A stretch of 64,000 bases of DNA. It comes from Candidatus Latescibacterota bacterium (GTDB lineage: Bacteria > Latescibacterota > UBA2968 > SICM01). A program made the translations under genes and the position numbers. The notes under the pieces were generated by a model. The model was not told the DNA's origin and made no database searches. It saw only the letters and a list, made by a program, of their open reading frames with translations. Location: the NCBI GenBank assembly GCA_965217865.1, contig CBDCJO010000002.1, forward strand, positions 2,816,001-2,880,000. Reading direction: 5' to 3'. Position 1 is the first letter of the stretch; each line of letters starts with the position of its first letter. Below are positions 10,859 to 20,943 of this stretch, in pieces.

Positions 10859-11870
10859 TCAGGCAGCCTTGTGGATGGTCTGGGATGTTCTTTGCCGATT
10901 GATTTCTATGCGGCGCTGCCGAGCCTCCTCCTTTCGACCTTGTCGGTGGTGAAGAATCTTTTGATGCTGGCCTTTATGCCTCTGAAGAGGCGTGACATAC
11001 TGTATTGCCCCGTGATAGCGTTCGGCGTTGTAGCTGTGAATGAAGGAATCAATCAGGCCTTCCAGTTGATGGAATGTGAAGATGTCCTGGAAGCGCAGCC
11101 AGTCGTATTTGAATGTCCGGAAAAAGGCTTCGATCCAGGCGTTGTCCGTGGGTGTTTGATATCGGGCAAACAGCTGCGAGATGCCCAGGTCCTTGAAGAA
11201 TTGGGCCATCGATTTGGCCTTCATCTGAGATCCGTGATCTGAGAGGGCTGTCAAGCTTATGGGCCCAGTGTCCAGGTCCAGCAGTCCTTCGTTGGCAAGG
11301 GCTTGATCCCAGGCCTGTTTGACCTGCTCCACGGTCGCGTTGAAGGAGAGCTTCCATCCTACGATCTTCCTGGAATACACGTCGAGAATGGCGGTAAAAT
11401 ACAGGAACAAACCGAAAAATGGGATGTAGGTCAGGTCCCAGCTCCAGACCTGATTAGGACCTTCAGGTTTGACCTGGGGCTTGCTCTGCTTGACCGGCGT
11501 CCTCACCTGTTTCCTGCGTGCCAGACGTTCTTTCCTGGCCTGTCGGTAGAAGCTGGAGGCCGAGGCCTGCACTACCCCCTTCTCTGAGGCTACCACCGCC
11601 AGCTGATGGGGAGGCAGATCGGCATAGGTCTCATCCGTGTGGGGCCTCATCAGGGGCGGGCCCGGGCTTCCCATCCAAAAGCGGGTCCGACACCCCATCC
11701 AGCTTCTCTTCTCGATCTCGCCGGCTCCAGGCACAATACCGCTGGAGGGGAAGCTGTAGGATCTCGCAAGAACGGGTGAGTTTCACCCCTTTCTCCTTGG
11801 CCCGATGGACCATTAAGAGGATCTCGCGTTTGACCTCAGCTTGCACCCGGTGGCCCTTGATCGGGCCTGT
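10859..11870 (-). pseudogene. IS3-family transposase OrfB (integrase core), frame disrupted near 11640
   Basis: PNQVWSWDLTY, SDHGSQ, DNAWIEAFFRTFKY, YNAERYHGAI; N-terminal part lies in another frame (11631..11846). Confidence 0.8.
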
Positions 11871-12205
11871 CAGATCCCATTCACACTTTTTTTTAGCAGG
11901 GAAAGTTCCACAGATTGCTCAATGATCGTTTGCTCCAGGCGTGCCCGCTCTTTGCGCAGCTGCTCCACCTCCTCAGCCGATACCATCGGCTTGCGGCTCC
12001 GGCGACCCTTGAACTCCTTGAGGGCCCCGGACTTGACCGACTCACGAATACGCTTTAGATCCGAGGAATGAATGCCCCATTTCCGCAGCACCTGTGCAAT
12101 GGGAACATCTCCCCGGCTGGCTTCAAGGAAAATCTCATACTTCTGTTCCGGGGACAAGCTCCTGCGCTTCTTGACCGGGTCACTGTTTGAGGACAGTTGC
12201 TCCAT
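11870..12205 (-). CDS. IS3-family transposase OrfA (HTH)
   Basis: RRSLSPEQKYEIFLE...IAQVLRKWGI, coiled coil, ends ELSLLKK at the A8 tract. Confidence 0.8.
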   Translation of the reverse strand: MEQLSSNSDPVKKRRSLSPEQKYEIFLEASRGDVPIAQVLRKWGIHSSDLKRIRESVKSGALKEFKGRRSRKPMVSAEEVEQLRKERARLEQTIIEQSVELSLLKKSVNGI

Positions 12206-13199
12206 CTTTACTCCTCCTGTGAGGTCAGGGATATCCCAAAATATGTATCCCTTCTCAACCCTACAGGCAACCAGGATCTTGCTTCGACCTTGCCCCCGTT
12301 TTTTCGGGCGATCTCAGACAAAAGATAAAAGGTCAAGCCCGACCTGATCCTCCTCGATGTCATGATGCCCGAGCTCGACGGGTTCGGTGCGTGCAAGCGG
12401 CTCAAAGAAAATCCGGAGACCCGGGACATCCCCGTGATCTTTCTCACCGCCAAAGTCGACACCGACGACCTCGTCCACGGCTTCGAACTGGGTGCGGTGG
12501 ACTATGTCACCAAACCCTTCAACCCCTACGAGCTGCTGGCCAGGGTCCATACCCACGTGCAGCTTCAGGCCGCGCGTCAAAAACTGGATAATCTGGCCGG
12601 AAACCTGTCCAAATACCTGTCTCCTCAGGTTTACGACTCCATGTTCTCCGGAAAGGAAGATGTCAAAATAGAATCCTACCGGAGGGACCTGACCGTCTTT
12701 TTCTCAGACATCGTCGAATTCGCCACGAAGACGGAGGCCATGAAACCACAGGAGCTCACCGAATGGCTCAACAACTACCTGGATGAAATGGCGGAAATCA
12801 TACTGGCTCACGAAGGCACCCTGGACAAATTCGTCGGGGACACAATTATGGGGTTCTTCGGAGATCCGCAGTCCTACGGCCCGGAGGCCGATGCCTTGAA
12901 ATGAATGGCCACGGAAATACAGGAGCGTTCCAGGCAGCTCGGCATCGACGTTCGTCTGGGCATCTCTTCCGGCGAATGCACCGTTGGCAACTTCGGCAGC
13001 CACGACCGTAAGGAATACACCATCTTCGGAGAGGCCGTCAACACGGCGTCGCGGCTCCTCAATGTTTCTGACCCGGGAAGGATCCTCGTCTCCGAGTCCA
13101 CCCATGACCGGATTAAGGACGCCATTCCCTGCCAACCCGGGGAAGATATCCAGCTCAAGGGATCCACGGAAAGCATCACGACATACTGGGTTTAAGACC

Positions 13200-16100
13200 A
13201 TGCAACGTTCTATCCGTTCTAAGATGCTCCTGTTTATTATCTCCCCGATCGCGGTGATCTACCTGGCACTCGTCATATTCAGCCTGTCCAAAATGCGTCA
13301 GTGGACCATCCGGGAGCTCGAAAGGCGGATGACCCAATTGGCGTCTCATTACGCTGACCATTTCGACAGCTATACCCGGGAGGCCGCTCAGATCGCACGC
13401 TCCACTGGCACCTTCATCCAGAACAATCCCAACCTCACAGGTGAAGGAATCTATAAACAACTCCGCTCCAATCTCAACCAGAACCCGTTCGTATACGGCG
13501 CAGCAATGGCCTTTGAGCCGTTTCAATTCGACCCCCAACGCCGTTTGTTCTGTCCTTACGTCTACCGGGGGGCCGACGGTCTGGAGCAGATGGACATCGG
13601 TTCCGAGGCCTACGACTATACCGATCCGCAGTGGGAATGGTGGGACAGGCCCCGCAGGAAGGGCGCAGCCCTCTGGACCGACCCGTACTTCGACGAAGGG
13701 GCGGGCAATATTCTCATGTCCACATATTCCGTGCCCTTCTCCCGCAACTCCGATTTCTGGGGCATAACTACCATCGATATCGCCTTGAAGCCGCTCCGAG
13801 AACTGGTGGATGCAGAAATCGCGAAAGACCTCGATTTCATCATCATCAATCGAACGGGCCGTTACGTGTACCATCCCGACCCCAAGCATATTCTCAAATC
13901 CTCCATCTTTGACATGACGGAAGGCGAGATAAAACAGGAGGATCTTGCAAGCCTGGGGGGGCTGATGATCGCGGGCAAGACCGGCATGATGACGATAAGG
14001 ACTAGGTCGGGTGAACCGATCTGGAGTTTTTACGCGCCGATCACGTCTACGGGATGGAGCTTCGCCACCCATATTGCGGAACAGGAGGCCCTTGTGGGGG
14101 TGCGTGAGCAGTTATACAGAATTCTTGGGGTCCTGGGGCTTTCCCTGGCGATGATCGTCGCCGCCATATGGTTTGTGTCCGGCCGAATCACCCGACCGAT
14201 CGCCAGACTGAACGAAGCGGCCCTCGAGATCGCCGGCGGAAACCTGGGCACCAGGGTCAGGGTGGAAAGCAACGATGAGATAGGGGCTCTTGCCGGTTCA
14301 TTCAGCAGTATGGCGGGTCAGCTTAAGGAATCTTTCGATACCCTGGAGGAGCGCTTCAGGACGTTGGTGTCTCAAATCAGCGGGGTGGTTTATCGCTGTG
14401 CCAATGACGAAAACTGGACAGTGGAGTTGATCAGCGACGGAATCGAATCCTTAAGCGGTTATCCGGCATCCGATTTCGTTGGAAATCACGTGCGAAGCCT
14501 TGCGAGCATTATCCATCCGGATGATAACAGTGAAATCGGAAAACAAGTCGATAAAGCCTTGCTCGAACGGCGTCCTTTCGACATTGAGTACAGAGTCCTC
14601 CACCGGGATGGATCCATTCGGTGGGCCTATGAAAAAGGATCGGGAATTTTCGACGACAATGGTGCCCTGCAATACCTCACAGGCGTGATTACCGACATCA
14701 CCTATCGGAAGCAGGCCGAAGAAGCGTTAAAATCCGCAAAAGAAGCGGCCGAGAATTCAGCGCGGGAAGCCGATGCCGCGAATCAGTCAAAGAGCGTATT
14801 TCTGGCCAATATGAGTCACGCGATCCGGACTCCCATGAACGCCATCCTCGGATTTTCAGAGATCCTGAGGGGGCTGATCACAGATCCGCAGCAAAAAGAA
14901 TATCTATCGTCTGTCCAGTCCAGCGGAAAATCCCTGCTCAGTCTGATCAACGATATCCTGGACCTCTCCAAAGTGGAAGCCGGAAAGCTGGAGCTCGAAT
15001 ATTCCGCCGTCAACCCCCAGAGTGTATTTAAGGAAATGGAGCAGATATTCTCGCAGAAATTGCTGAGAAAGAATTGGAATTCCGCGTCGAAATCGATCCG
15101 GGCCTCCCCCCCGCCCTGGTACTGGATGAGGTGCGGCTGCGCCAGGTTCTGTTGAATCTGATTGGAAATGCCGTCAAATTTACGGACTCGGGATATGTAA
15201 AGCTCTCTGCCCACAACCGTTATCCGGAGAAGGATCAAAGCACGCTGGACTTGATCCTTTCGGTTGAAGACACCGGAATGGGGATACCCGAGGATCAGAA
15301 GGAATCCATCTTCGGGGCCTTCGAACAGCAGAAGGGACAAAGTTATAACCAGTTCGGAGGCACCGGTTTGGGTCTGGCCATCACCAGGAGGCTGATCGAG
15401 ATGATGGACGGGGAGGTCACCGTCACGAGCGATGTGGGAAAAGGAAGCACGTTCCACGTCACCCTCAAGGGTGTGGCCGTGGCTTCGATATCGGATCTGG
15501 AATCCCAGGGGGAACAGGCCATCGACGTCGATGCCGTCACGTTCGAGCACGCAACAATTCTGCTCAGCGACGATGTCGAGGTCAACCGAAATCTCGTTAG
15601 AGCTTACCTGGAGCAGTACGATCTCGCCTTCATCGAAGCCGCAAACGGCCGGGAGGCCGTGGAATTCACGAAACGTGATCGTCCCGATATGGTCCTGATG
15701 GACATGAAAATGCCTGTGTTGAACGGATATGATGCAACCCAGATGATCAAATCCGACGAGGAGACCAGGTCCATTCCGGTCGTTGCCCTGACGGCCTCGG
15801 CCATGGAGGTGGATGCTGAAGAGATCAAAGCGATTTGTGACGGATATCTCCGGAAGCCGGTGAGCAAGGTAGCTTTGGTGGCCGAGCTGGCTCGCTTCCT
15901 GAAGCATTCCATAGAAGGTCCTTCTTCCGAAGATCTCCGGCCAACACAAGAGGAATGGCAGGAGGCGTGGTCTCCCGAAACTCTGGATCCCAAAACTCTG
16001 GAAAGGTTTCCCGACCTGATCCGGATCCTTGAGAGTCGAAGAGATACCTGGGTATCCCTTCGCGAGACCCTGACCATCAACGAGATTGAAGACTTCGCAA

Positions 16101-16279
16101 TTCAGATGGAGAAAACAGGTGCGGATTTCGGTTATCCTCCCCTTAAAGCGTGGGGAAGACAGCTGAGATAGCAATCGGGAATGTTTGACATGGATGCGAT
16201 GTCGAAGACCCTCGAAGGCTATCCTGAACTTATCGAAAATATCCGTTCACTCAACAGTCTGGTGGCCGAAGGGAAATAA
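13200..16279 (+). pseudogene. dCache-HAMP-PAS hybrid histidine kinase with frameshift (~15060), nonsense codon (16169-16171) and H-box change
   Basis: Cache '[21 protein letters not shown]', HAMP, PAS '[14 protein letters not shown]', 'SHAIRTP' (paralogs have SHEIRTP), HATPase and REC in 15074..16171, paralog-like tail continues to TAA 16279. Confidence 0.85.
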
Positions 16280-17009
16280 AATCCCCTTGGATAACAACAA
16301 AAGAGATCTCTCTTCTGATCTCCGGAATACTCTCAGGGTGTCTCGGGCTTATCGTCCTGATCGGCTGGTACACGCATTCCGTAACCCTGGTGCAGGTTTT
16401 GCCGGCCTTTGTCCCGATGCAATACAACACAGCCATGGGATTTTTTCTGTACGGCCTGGGTGCTATTGCCCTGGTTTTCGATCGGCGGGGCCTGGCATCG
16501 GTCTGCGGCATAATTGTCGGAGCCGTCGGCCTCCTGACCCTGGTTGAATACATCTTCGGATGGGACCTGGGAATCGATCAGCTTCTGATGGAGCACTATA
16601 TCACGGTAAAAACCTCAAACCCAGGGGTGGGCTTCTGTTATTGACCCAATCCAGTGAACGGATAAGGGAGCTTAAATCATCCGGAATCATCGGTTCGATT
16701 ATCGCAGCCCTCGGTTCCGTCGCCCTGTTCGGTTACCTGAGCGGCATGGAAACCACGTACGGATGGGGCCATCTCACACGCATGGCCTTTCACACTTCTG
16801 CCGGTTTCGTATGCATCGGCCTGGGTGTGTTGATCTTTACGTGGCGCAGATTGAGCTCTGGTAAATTCCGGGTCTCAAAATGGCTTGCGGCCCCTGCCTG
16901 CGTCGGATCCGTTACGATTGCGATCGTTCTATGGCAGGCATTGGACGCCCAATCCAGCCTCTCCTCAACGATTTCTGCGGTCGTGTTGCTGGTCGGGCTT
17001 TTTCAGGCA

Positions 17010-18113
17010 TTACTGATAACCTCCCCAGTGTCGTGTCCCGCCAATAAGTTCAAATAGTCGCTTAATCTTTTCGAGGATGGATTCTGCGGTGGCAGTCCAC
17101 ACAAAGGGTTTTGAATTTGAGTTGTAGTGATCGGCGAATTTCTTGATGTTATTGACCAGATCTTTCACGCTACGAAAGGAACCCCGGCGGATTGCCTTTT
17201 GTGTAATGATGTTGAACCAGATCTCGACTTGGTTTAGCCAGGACGCGTAAGTGGGTGTATAGTGGACCTGATATCTTGGCCGGGCTGCAAGCCATTGTTT
17301 GGTTTTAGGGTGCTTGTGCGTGCCATAGTTGTCCAAGACCAGGTGAATATCGAGATCCTCCGGGACGTTTGCCTCGATGTGCTTTAGGAATTGAAGGAAT
17401 TCCTGATGACGGTGTCTCGGTTTACATTGTGTTAACACTTTTCCCGAGGCGATCTCTAGAGCAGCAAACAGCGTCGTTGTCCCGTGTCTGATGTAGTTGT
17501 GAGTTACGCCTTCGACGTAACCCAAACCCAGTGGCAGAATCGGTTGCGTTCGATCTAATGCTTGGACCTGGCTTTTCTCGTCCACACAGAGCACCATAGC
17601 ATTGTCTGGCGGGTTGAGGTAGAGCCCGACAACGTCCCTGACCTTCTCTACAAAGAAGGGATCGTTTGAGAGTCTGAAGTGTTTCTGTCGATGAGGTTGA
17701 AGTCCGAAGGCTTTCCAGACTCGCTGAACGGTGGACTTGGAGAGCCCAGTCTCAGCTCCGATGGACCGACAGGTCCAGTGAGTTGCATGCCTTGGCTTTG
17801 TCTTCAAGGTTTTGCCAATGAGCCTGGCAATCTTCTGGTCGGAGATTGAACGTGGACCTCCAGGACGCATCTCGTCGTAAAGCCCCATCAGCCCTTGAGC
17901 ACAATAACGATTACGCCATTTCCCAATCGTGGCATAGGACAGTCCCAGCTTCTGGCCTATCTGTAGATTCGTGAGTCCGATATCACTCATCAGTATGATC
18001 TTCGCACGGCGCACCAAAGAATGCGGTAAGATCCGCGAACCAGATATCGCCTTCAATTCACTTCGGACTTCATCACTAAGGTTCAATGGCTGCAATGGAC
18101 GTCCCATTTTCAT
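17010..18113 (-). CDS. IS630-family transposase
   Basis: VLCVDEKSQVQALDR, YIRHGTTTLFAAL, LDNYGTHK, SWLNQVEIWF; reads through the IS end because the flanking TAG is changed to TGG. Confidence 0.92.
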   Translation of the reverse strand: MKMGRPLQPLNLSDEVRSELKAISGSRILPHSLVRRAKIILMSDIGLTNLQIGQKLGLSYATIGKWRNRYCAQGLMGLYDEMRPGGPRSISDQKIARLIGKTLKTKPRHATHWTCRSIGAETGLSKSTVQRVWKAFGLQPHRQKHFRLSNDPFFVEKVRDVVGLYLNPPDNAMVLCVDEKSQVQALDRTQPILPLGLGYVEGVTHNYIRHGTTTLFAALEIASGKVLTQCKPRHRHQEFLQFLKHIEANVPEDLDIHLVLDNYGTHKHPKTKQWLAARPRYQVHYTPTYASWLNQVEIWFNIITQKAIRRGSFRSVKDLVNNIKKFADHYNSNSKPFVWTATAESILEKIKRLFELIGGTRHWGGYQ

Positions 18114-18192
18114 CGGTTCCTCCTTGGATAAGGGCATAAGGAACCATAAGACGAATCCATTACTTTGTCAAGTTATTCCTGGGACATAACAC
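17028..18192 (-). mobile_element. IS630-family insertion sequence in a CTAG target
   Basis: IRs gtgtcgtgtccc..aataa / gtgttatgtccc..aataa; right flank TA, left flank CA (apparently mutated TA). Confidence 0.88.
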
Positions 18193-19859
18193 TAGTCTAT
18201 TACGTCCAAACTACAAAAATAAATCAGGAAAATTTACAGCTGGAGATTCAAGAGCGGATGCGCGCTGAGGAAGAATTAAAAAAGCACCGGGAACACCTTG
18301 AAGAGCTTATCCGGGAGCGGACCATCGAACTGCAATCCGCCAAAGCCGAGGCTGAGACGGCCAACCAGACCATAAGTGAATTTCTGGCCAACATGTCCCA
18401 CGAGATTCGCACGCCGATGAACGCCATCCTCGGATTCACGGAGATCTTGGGTGGACTGGTGGAGAATCCCCAGCAGAAGGAGTACCTCTCTTCGATCCAG
18501 TCCAGCGGCAAATCTCTCCTCAGTCTGATCAACGACATCTTAGATCTGTCAAAGGTGGAGGCCGGAAAACTTGAGCTTGATTACACCGCGGTGGACACCA
18601 GGGTCGTGTTCCAGGAGATGGAGCAGATCTTTTCCCAGAAGATCGCTCAGAAAGGCTTTGAGTTTATATTGGATATCGATCCGGACCTCCCCCCCTTGAT
18701 ACTGGACGAGACAAGGTTGAGGCAGATTCTGTTCAACCTTGTGGGCAATGCCGTGAAGTTCACCGACGATGGGTATATCAAGCTTTCTGTTCGCACAGAG
18801 GTTCCGGAAAGGGACCACAAGACGATGGATCTTCTCTTTGAAGTGGCCGACACGGGCATCGGGATTCCGGAAGATCAGCAGGACAAGATCTTCGGGGCTT
18901 TCGAGCAGAAGAAGGGGCAGAGCCACGCGAAGTACGGCGGAACGGGGCTGGGGCTGGCCATTACAAAGCGGCTGATCGAGATGATGAACGGCGATGTCTA
19001 CGTTACAGGAGATTTGGGAAAAGGGAGCACCTTCCACGTGACCCTCAGAGGGTTGACAATTGCCTCGGAAACAGATCTGGCTTCCAGGGACAGACCGGCT
19101 ATTGATGTGGATGCGGTGACATTCGCCCGCGCGTCGATTCTGGTCGTTGACGACATCGAGGTGAACCGAAATCTCGTAAGGGGATATTTGGAACAGTAAG
19201 ATTTTAATCTCCTTGAGGCCGCGAACGGGCAGGAGGCCGTGGAGGCTGCCGGGGCGCAGCGTCCGGACCTGATCCTGATGGATATCAAGATGCCGGTGAT
19301 GGATGGGTACGAGGCCACCCAACTGATCAAAGCGGATGAAGAGACTAAGAATATCCCGATTATCGCGCTGACCGCATCGGCCATGAAACAGGCGGAGGAC
19401 GATATATCGAAAATATGCGAAGGCTTCCTGAAGAAGCCGGTGGGGAAAGCCGAATTGGTGTCGAAACTCACCGAGTTTCTCGAATCCGATGTTGCTCAGC
19501 GTGAAGCTCCGGAGTTGACAACTGCTACTGAAAGCGATATCGAAGTTACTGAGGAAGCTGTCTTTGATTCAGAAACACTGGAAAAACTACCCGAACTCCT
19601 CGACCGGCTGGAATCTGAGAACGGGCGTTGTGAAGAACTGCTTCAGACGATGACGATCAACGAGGTCGAAGAATTCGCGGATCATATTGGCGGTTTGGCA
19701 AAACAGTTCGGCTATCGCCCACTCGCAAAATGGGCTGAGGGCCTTGGAACGCAGGCATCCATGTTCGACTTGGATGCGATGAAGACAACGCTTGAAAGCT
19801 ACACCGACTTAATCGACGGGATCAGGTCCGTTGCAGCGACCTGAAAAAGGAAGCAAAAG

Positions 19860-20930
19860 ATGAAGATGTTCATGTGTGCGTTCTGGATCGCTGTCTTTAT
19901 TTCGTCTCCTCTCCAGGTGTGGGCACAGGAAAACTGGTACCCCTTCCCTGTTGAGGTTTGGGATCCTCCGTTCGACATGGACAGCCCGCGAAGGAGCACG
20001 GACTATGTGCCGCTCGAGAAGGCATCGAAGAATTGGGACTTGCACGTCTTTTTTCCACATATGAAGGACGTGTATTGGCTCGCCGTGAACTACGGGATCG
20101 CCTCGGAAGCCAGGCGCCTTGGCGTTCGGATGACATTGCTTCACGCCGGAGGCTACGATAACCTGGCCGTGCAGATCCGCCAGATCCGCGAGAGCATCAA
20201 ATTGAAACCCGATGGGATGATCATCGCTTCGATCTCGCACACGGGACTGGACAGCATCATTGCCGAGATCAGGGACGCCGGAATTCCGGTTATCGACGCG
20301 ATCAACGGAGTATCCTCGCGCCGGGTTTCCGCAAAGTCATTGGTCCCGTACGGAGACATGGGATATCTGGCCGGAAAATATCTGGCTCAGCGCCATCCTA
20401 AGGGAAACAAGCGGGTCCGTGTGGCATGGTTTCCGGGACCTCCGATTGCCGGATGGGTTCAGGAGGCAGACAGGGGCTTCAAGAGAGGCGTCTCTGAGGG
20501 TTCGATCGAGGTTGTCGCCACCCGCTTCGGCGACACCGGTAAGGCGGTACAGCGGAGACTCATAGAAGAGGTGCTCGACCGGTTTCCGGATATCGACTAC
20601 CTTGTTGGGACCTCCGTCGGGGCCGAGGCGGCCCCGCGGATCCTGCGAAAGCGCGGGCTGAGGGGGAAAGTCGGTATCCTTTCCTACTACTTGTCTCCGG
20701 GTGTCCTGAGGGGGATCAAGCGTGGGCAGATCATGGGCGCGCCTGTCGACCCCGCCGTGATTCAGGGTAAAATCGCAGTCGACCAGCTCGTCCGAATCCT
20801 TGAACGGAAAAATTATGAGAAACACGTCGGCCCCAGGATCCAGATTATCGACCGAACCAATCTTGACGCGTTCGACAGCAGCTCCTCTTTGGCCCCCAGC
20901 GGGTTTCGGCCGATCTATACCGTGAATTGA
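19860..20930 (+). CDS. TorT-like periplasmic ligand-binding protein
   Basis: Signal peptide; 'PHMKDVYWLAVNYG..EARRLGV....AGGY' and WFPGP resemble TorT. Confidence 0.8.
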   Translation: MKMFMCAFWIAVFISSPLQVWAQENWYPFPVEVWDPPFDMDSPRRSTDYVPLEKASKNWDLHVFFPHMKDVYWLAVNYGIASEARRLGVRMTLLHAGGYDNLAVQIRQIRESIKLKPDGMIIASISHTGLDSIIAEIRDAGIPVIDAINGVSSRRVSAKSLVPYGDMGYLAGKYLAQRHPKGNKRVRVAWFPGPPIAGWVQEADRGFKRGVSEGSIEVVATRFGDTGKAVQRRLIEEVLDRFPDIDYLVGTSVGAEAAPRILRKRGLRGKVGILSYYLSPGVLRGIKRGQIMGAPVDPAVIQGKIAVDQLVRILERKNYEKHVGPRIQIIDRTNLDAFDSSSSLAPSGFRPIYTVN

Positions 20931-20943
20931 GGAACCACGCAGC

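Larger units (their letters stand above)
10807..12327 (-). mobile_element. IS3-family insertion sequence with 4-bp target duplication AAAG
   Basis: AAAG at 10803-10806 and 12328-12331; imperfect IRs (ctgagat; aaggtc.aagcaagat); orfA/orfB with A8 slippery site at 11887-11894. Confidence 0.85.
10660..13195 (+). pseudogene. Response regulator-adenylate/guanylate cyclase, split by an IS3-family element and carrying an in-frame stop
   Basis: REC 'LEMVEK|VKPDLILLD' rejoins across the IS; cyclase motifs [34 protein letters not shown]; TGA at 12902-12904. Confidence 0.85.
16288..19844 (+). pseudogene. Multi-TM hybrid histidine kinase, broken by deletion (~16625), IS630 insertion and nonsense codon (19197-19199)
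   Basis: TM fragments 16390..16644 and 16560..17030; 'ITS|LVYYVQ' rejoins across the IS; HisKA/HATPase 18195-19196; 'EQ*DF' versus 'EQYDF' in a paralog; start approximate. Confidence 0.8.

Noticed and set aside
14816-16174. Long antisense ORFs over kinase and housekeeping genes
   Set aside because: Shadow frames of GC-rich coding sequence with no recognisable motifs
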